Shown here: in pieces, positions 24,271 to 29,180 of the stretch | Position numbering within the stretch: the stretch's first letter is position 1 | Layout: each line of letters starts with the position of its first letter | Origin: a virus | Taxonomy: Duplodnaviria; Caudoviricetes | Direction: 5' to 3' (one strand) | DNA: 29,180 bases | IMG/VR virus record: IMGVR_UViG_3300044455_000044 | Coordinates: 1-29,180 of that record | Translations under genes and position numbers: made by a program | The notes under the pieces: generated by a model | The model's database searches: none | What the model saw: the letters and a program-made list of their open reading frames with translations, nothing else | Told to the model about the DNA's origin: nothing

Positions 24271-25052
24271 CTTGCTCTCCTTTTGAACATAAGATCGTGC
24301 TCTTGGAGCATTTGAGCTACACGCGCCCGCGCTAGTTCTTTTGCTTTTTTGTCTTGCTTACTATGATCAACACCCTGGCCCAACGCCCGTTGAACCCAAT
24401 CGGGTGCAGAACGCATGACACCTACTCCCGTTTGCGGATAGGCCGCCCACGTCACCGGCGAGATTTCCATCAGGTTGACCGTGTTGAGTTGACGCAGCGG
24501 AATGCCATCCTTATCTTCCGCCCAGCTATCGCCGCCGCTGGGCACATTAAAGCCAAAGCTCATCTGGTCAACATCGCCGCGCTCGATCAGCGTCACGGCG
24601 TCGCGCCCATCCTGCGTATCGGGAGGATGCAGCTCAAAGGCAAGCCCCTGCGCATCCTCCCAGACTTGCAGCGTGCCCGCCCTGGTGCGTCCAAGCACCC
24701 TAGCGGTGTCATGCTGCCACAAGGCCCGTATATCGCCGCCTAGGCTCTCCTTGAAGGCGCCAGGGGCGATGATTTCACGGAAGCCCATATAGACACTGGG
24801 CGTGTTGAAGAGCGCAGCGTGCCCCAAAATTACCGCCGGCTTGCCGCCGCGTGCGCGAATTTCCACGGATCGCAGCGTAAAGGTGCGCTGCTCCGTGCCC
24901 AGACCAGCCGCGCGGCCAGAATCCTCCTCAATGCCAAGCTGCGTTAGAACAGCTTGTAATTGTTCGATAGCCGCCCGCAATTTCGATTCATTGGCGGCGC
25001 TCAGCACGCGCCCGGCGCGGATTTCGCTAATCATTTGCTCTAGCTTGTTCAT
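24267..25052 (-). CDS. HK97-family prohead protease
   Basis: GHAALFN, FREIIAPGAF, ALWQHD, QMSFGF, EISPVTWAAYP. Confidence 0.95.
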   Translation of the reverse strand: MNKLEQMISEIRAGRVLSAANESKLRAAIEQLQAVLTQLGIEEDSGRAAGLGTEQRTFTLRSVEIRARGGKPAVILGHAALFNTPSVYMGFREIIAPGAFKESLGGDIRALWQHDTARVLGRTRAGTLQVWEDAQGLAFELHPPDTQDGRDAVTLIERGDVDQMSFGFNVPSGGDSWAEDKDGIPLRQLNTVNLMEISPVTWAAYPQTGVGVMRSAPDWVQRALGQGVDHSKQDKKAKELARARVAQMLQEHDLMFKRRAR

Positions 25053-25065
25053 AGTTCCTCTTTTT

Positions 25066-27090
25066 TTAGGCAGCGACCGTCACGCAATCACAACCACTGT
25101 GCAGTGGCCCATGTCTAATCGTTCTGACAACCGGCAGCGGGTCAACGCCCTCCGCCGTCACCGTATCACCGGCCTCAAAAAAGGCGCCGTCAATCTTAAT
25201 GCGCTTGCCGTCGATCTTGCGGCACATCGGGCACGACTCGCCCCTGGCCGACCAGCGCAAAATGCTGACACCGCCGGAGGCATAGCCAAAGATGGCCAAG
25301 GCGTTGCCCGCCTCAAATGCCTGTTGGAATCCCTCTTTGCCCGCTTTGGTCGCTTCCCAGCCATCCATACGCTCTTCAATCGCTGTCTGCGCCTCTTCTT
25401 CGTTTTCGGCTTCCGCCAACAAAGCGCGCAATTGTTTTTCGCCGCCGACCGCATACACTTCGGTATAGTTGGCGAGATAGCCTTCAATCCACGCCCTCAT
25501 CTCGTCATCCAAAGGCGCAGGCTCACCGCCCAACTCCGCCGCCACGCTTGCCATCATCGTTTCGGCATAGGTCAGCATGATGTTGCGGAAATAGTCGGGA
25601 AACCAACTCCGCAGTTGCTTGTAGAAAGTCTCTAGCCAGGTGGCAAAGCTCTCAGCGTCGCGCTTGCCGAGTTTGGATTTGGCCGCCTTGCGGATGTCGG
25701 CGCTCTCACGCTTGACGGCTCTGGAGGCCGCATCTTCAAACAACCGCACATGGCGATTCATCAGCGCGCGCCGCTGGGCATCGTCCACCCGCTTTTCCGG
25801 GAGTAGTGGTGTCCGTGGCTGCGCGACCTCGACCAGCAAGCGCGCCTGCGGCGGCTCCGGCGCCGGCTCCACGGTTGGCGCTGCGGCTGGTGGCGCAGGC
25901 TCTGTGCCCAAAGCGATCAGGTTGAGCGGCGTAAACAGGACATCGCCGCCCTCCATCGGGTTGCGATCTTCCAACTCACGAATCTCGTTGGGTGTCAGGA
26001 TGGTATTGTTGACCGCCACCTGATAGCTCTGGTAGCGGCTGAGCGTATCGCCGCGCAGCATGCCCTCGACATTGTATTTGGCGAACATCGTGCGCCGCTC
26101 GCCTTCGGTCAAGAGGTCGCGATAGATCGCCTGCTCGTGGCGTACCAGCCACGGCATCAGCGTATACATCACAAAGTTGATGCTCTGCTGCTCGATATTG
26201 CTAAAGGTCGCCCGGTCAAGGTCGGCTAACATGTGCGGTGGCACGCGGAAGATGCGCGCGATCTCCGTCACCTGAAATTTACGCGTCTCCAAAAATTGCG
26301 CCTCGTTATTGGCGATGCCAATCGTCGTCACATCCATGCCTTCTTCGAGAATCTTGGTGCGATGGGCGTTGCTCAGCCCTTGGTGCTCATAGGCATAGGA
26401 TTCCTTGAGGCGCTTTGCCGCCTGCTCGGATAGTTTGCCGGGATGGCGCAAGATCAGGCCAGGCCGCGCGCCGTTGCTGTAGAAACGGGCGCCATATTCC
26501 TCGGCGGCTAAGCTAAGGCCAATCGCCTGCTTGGCCGCTTGCAGGATCGGGCTGAAACCCATCAGGCCGTTGCCTAAGCCCTTGAGGTGGTGGATGCGGT
26601 AAGATGGTATCGCCCGCAGCGTCTGGTCCGGCATACGGTACATGTAATACATCTGTCCGTTGCTGCCGCGCTGCAGATCCTCCATCTTATCCGGGCGCAA
26701 AGGCCATAACGCCCGAATCTTGCCGCCGTTGTCGATGTCTTTTTCGCTGTAGCCGTTGCCGCATAAGAGGCAATGGGAGATCATCAATTCTCGCCATTCA
26801 AGCGCCGTCATCTCCGGGTTGGTGAGATTGTGCAAAATCGGATAGAGCGGGTGCGAGGTCGCCTTGCTTTTGTCGCGCCCACTTTGCTTGTACAGCACCA
26901 AGGGCAAGGCGGCGATAGACTCCGAAATGATGCGGATACAGGCATAGACCGCGCTCGAACGCATGGCGTTTTCTTCGGTGACGGGCGGCCCGGCATAGGT
27001 CGGCGTGCTGACGGACATCAGGTCAAAAAGGTCGCCATAGCTCATAGCGCGCCGCTCGAAAATGCTGGTCATGCGCTTCCATAAGGTCAT
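25066..27090 (-). CDS. HK97-family portal fused to Mu gpF/SPP1 gp7-like domain
   Basis: AVYACIRIISESIAALP, GARPG, IARIFRVPP, TPNEIRELED; after Pro/Ala linker a ~260-aa extension with CPMC and PLHSGCDC. Confidence 0.92.
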   Translation of the reverse strand: MTLWKRMTSIFERRAMSYGDLFDLMSVSTPTYAGPPVTEENAMRSSAVYACIRIISESIAALPLVLYKQSGRDKSKATSHPLYPILHNLTNPEMTALEWRELMISHCLLCGNGYSEKDIDNGGKIRALWPLRPDKMEDLQRGSNGQMYYMYRMPDQTLRAIPSYRIHHLKGLGNGLMGFSPILQAAKQAIGLSLAAEEYGARFYSNGARPGLILRHPGKLSEQAAKRLKESYAYEHQGLSNAHRTKILEEGMDVTTIGIANNEAQFLETRKFQVTEIARIFRVPPHMLADLDRATFSNIEQQSINFVMYTLMPWLVRHEQAIYRDLLTEGERRTMFAKYNVEGMLRGDTLSRYQSYQVAVNNTILTPNEIRELEDRNPMEGGDVLFTPLNLIALGTEPAPPAAAPTVEPAPEPPQARLLVEVAQPRTPLLPEKRVDDAQRRALMNRHVRLFEDAASRAVKRESADIRKAAKSKLGKRDAESFATWLETFYKQLRSWFPDYFRNIMLTYAETMMASVAAELGGEPAPLDDEMRAWIEGYLANYTEVYAVGGEKQLRALLAEAENEEEAQTAIEERMDGWEATKAGKEGFQQAFEAGNALAIFGYASGGVSILRWSARGESCPMCRKIDGKRIKIDGAFFEAGDTVTAEGVDPLPVVRTIRHGPLHSGCDCVTVAA

Positions 27091-28640
27091 AGTTCGAGGA
27101 TACCCCTCTCTTCATAGACGCTCGCCACTTGGCGCGTCGCCCTATCAAGTGCCATGATGCCCGCCACGATGCCGTCAATCTTGGCGCGGCTTTTGGACTT
27201 GTCAGGCTTGAGGTTGCCCGCCGGGTCCTGGCGCACAATCACGTTATCGGCCATCCAGCGCAGCACCGGGTTGCCGTCATGCGCCAACTTTTGCGAAAGC
27301 ACCAGCTTCATCAGCTCCTTGGTGGGCGGCGACATCGATTGATAGCCCTGCCCAAACTGGATCATCGTCTGCCGTGCTTCTTCGAGTCTCTGGTACATCA
27401 GCGTCGCGCCCCAGCGGTCAAAGGCGATCTCCTCGATGTTGTACTCCATCGCCAACTGGCGGATCGTCGCCTCAATGTAGTAGTAGTCAATCACGCTGCC
27501 CTCGGTGGCGTTAATAAGTCCGTCGCGCAGCCAAGCGTCATAGGGTACGCGGTCGCGGCGCACGCGCTCGTGTAAATTGTCGAGCGGTATCCAGAAGAAG
27601 GGCATCAACCAATAGGGGTCGTCCTCCTCTTCGGGCGGGAAGCACAGCACGAAGGCCGCAATATCGGTCGTGCTCGCCAGGTCCAAGCCACCGTAACAGG
27701 TGCGCCCTTTCAGATCGGGCATCTCGCGCTTGCAAGCGTTCCAGGCAATCATGTCCAGCCAACGCTCTTCCTGTGCCGTCCACTGGTTGAGATGCAAGCG
27801 GCGAAATGTATTTTGATAGGCGGGCGAGTTCTTCGCGCGTTCGCATTCCTGCTCCAAGTATTCGAGCTTAATCGTCACGCCCAGCCCAGGGTTGGCCTTG
27901 GCCCACACCACCGGGTCGGTCCAGTCGTCATCCTCATCGGCAGCGGCGATGTAGGCAAAGAAGGAGTCATCCTCAATCACGCCCTCAAGCACCTGGCGCG
28001 CATATTCATGCTGCTCCCAACAAATCGAGTTGGGGTCATAGACTCCGGCGGTTGTGATCATCACCATCAGCGGCTGCCGCCTGGCGCCGGTCGAGGTATT
28101 GAGCACGTCCCACAGTTCGCGGTTAGGCTGGGCGTGCAGCTCATCGAAGACGATCCCGTGACTGTTAAACCCGTGTTTTGTGAAACTGTCACTGCTAATC
28201 ACCTTGTAGCTACTCGCCGCTTTGGGTACGATGATGCTATTGCGAAAGACCTTGCTGTATTTACTGAGTGCCGGCGACGCCTCGACCATCTGCTTCGCCT
28301 GATCAAAGACTATCCTAGCCTGGTCGCGGTCGGCGGCTGCGCTATACACCTCTGCCCCTGGTTCGCCGTCGGCAAAGAGTAGATAGAGGGCCAGTCCCGC
28401 ACTGAGCGTGGATTTGCCTGTCTTGCGCGGCACTTCCAGATAGCAGCGGCGATACTTGCGTGTGCCGTCGGCGCGCTTCCAACCAAAGAGTTCGCGCAAA
28501 ATTTCCCGCTGCCACTCCTGCAGCTTGAACGCCGAACCCGCCCATTCGCCCTTGCTGTGCTGGAGCAATTTTTCAAAAAAGGTGACGACCAAATCCGCCG
28601 CCTTGCGGTCAAACCAATAGTCAGGCTGATCCATCAGCAT
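27087..28640 (-). CDS. terL: Terminase large subunit
   Basis: Walker A VPRKTGKS, Walker B IVFDELH, ITTAG, GLDLA nuclease, KIDGIVA. Confidence 0.97.
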   Translation of the reverse strand: MLMDQPDYWFDRKAADLVVTFFEKLLQHSKGEWAGSAFKLQEWQREILRELFGWKRADGTRKYRRCYLEVPRKTGKSTLSAGLALYLLFADGEPGAEVYSAAADRDQARIVFDQAKQMVEASPALSKYSKVFRNSIIVPKAASSYKVISSDSFTKHGFNSHGIVFDELHAQPNRELWDVLNTSTGARRQPLMVMITTAGVYDPNSICWEQHEYARQVLEGVIEDDSFFAYIAAADEDDDWTDPVVWAKANPGLGVTIKLEYLEQECERAKNSPAYQNTFRRLHLNQWTAQEERWLDMIAWNACKREMPDLKGRTCYGGLDLASTTDIAAFVLCFPPEEEDDPYWLMPFFWIPLDNLHERVRRDRVPYDAWLRDGLINATEGSVIDYYYIEATIRQLAMEYNIEEIAFDRWGATLMYQRLEEARQTMIQFGQGYQSMSPPTKELMKLVLSQKLAHDGNPVLRWMADNVIVRQDPAGNLKPDKSKSRAKIDGIVAGIMALDRATRQVASVYEERGILEL

Positions 28641-29112
28641 CGACGCTCACCGTTGCAAACAATTGTTCCGCCAACGTCTGCGTTGTTTCCTCCGCCGGCT
28701 GTGCCTCAATGCGGCTGCGGCTCGCAGGCGTCATGCCAAATTCACGCAGCATGATATTCATATTCTTGAGCGCCGTGTTGGCGATGCTCTCCCACGGGTT
28801 CAGATACATGCCGCCCTTCTCGCCCACCAGCACGCGCCCACCAGCGTGTACCTTTCTTTCTGCCTCCAGCCACTTCGCCAGTTGGTGCACCAGCTCCGCC
28901 AAGGCAATACCATCCACCTCCGTCATCACGCGTAGTCCCACCAGTTGCTTGGCAAGCTGGGTATAGGCGCGCCGCTCGCTGCCCGTCAACCACTTCGGGC
29001 ACGGCGGAATTTCCACGCGCGGCGTAGGCTCCAATCGATTGAGCGGCCTTTTGCCGGGATTGCCGGCCAACTCCTTGAGTGCAGTTGGCTTCGGCGGTCT
29101 ACCTGTTCGCAT
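28621..29112 (-). CDS. terS: Terminase small subunit, P27 family
   Basis: GRPPKPTALKELAGNPGKRPLN and EFGMTPASRSRI signature. Confidence 0.95.
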   Translation of the reverse strand: MRTGRPPKPTALKELAGNPGKRPLNRLEPTPRVEIPPCPKWLTGSERRAYTQLAKQLVGLRVMTEVDGIALAELVHQLAKWLEAERKVHAGGRVLVGEKGGMYLNPWESIANTALKNMNIMLREFGMTPASRSRIEAQPAEETTQTLAEQLFATVSVDADGSA

Positions 29113-29180
29113 TGGTCACAGTCCCCCCAGGGACATCGTTACCCCCACCCTATCCAGTTTCGCGGTCATGTGTGTTTTGC

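Larger units (their letters stand above)
1..29180. mobile_element. Temperate HK97-like siphovirus genome, near complete, non-integrated (attP) form
   Basis: Packaging, head, tail, lysis, integration and replication modules all present; no host housekeeping genes; attP flanked by phage genes on both sides; HNH at left edge and terS at right edge are normally neighbours across cos. Confidence 0.93.

Noticed and set aside
1-29180. CRISPR array, diversity-generating retroelement, IS element, or stop-codon recoding
   Set aside because: No spaced repeats, reverse transcriptase or transposase seen by eye; genes are intact and tightly packed under the standard code

Overview
The window is an almost complete, compact (~29.2 kb visible) temperate siphovirus-type phage genome of the HK97-like class, seen in its non-integrated form. 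The minus strand carries terS, terL, a portal fused to a Mu gpF-like domain, prohead protease, capsid, two glycosyltransferases, head-tail genes with an inserted alpha/beta-hydrolase-DNRLRE protein, tail tube, a -1 frameshifted tail chaperone, tape measure, Dit, Tal and a beta-helix tail spike. The centre holds a plus-strand accessory block (membrane protein, unknown protein, SAM methyltransferase), a single XRE HTH gene, an intact attP (3' half of tRNA-Gln CTG) and a short tyrosine integrase. The left part holds a replication-initiator operon, a consensus promoter feeding a structured ~120-nt leader with a terminator, a lysis cassette (GH-like + M23 endolysin, several small membrane proteins) and a truncated HNH gene at the window edge. 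Most notable: glycosyltransferases embedded in the head operon, the attenuator-like late leader with no recognisable antiterminator, an architecture in which integration would separate the only leftward early promoter I can find from the replication genes, and a probable ATC start for the tail spike. All product calls come from motif recognition and synteny; no database search was run.
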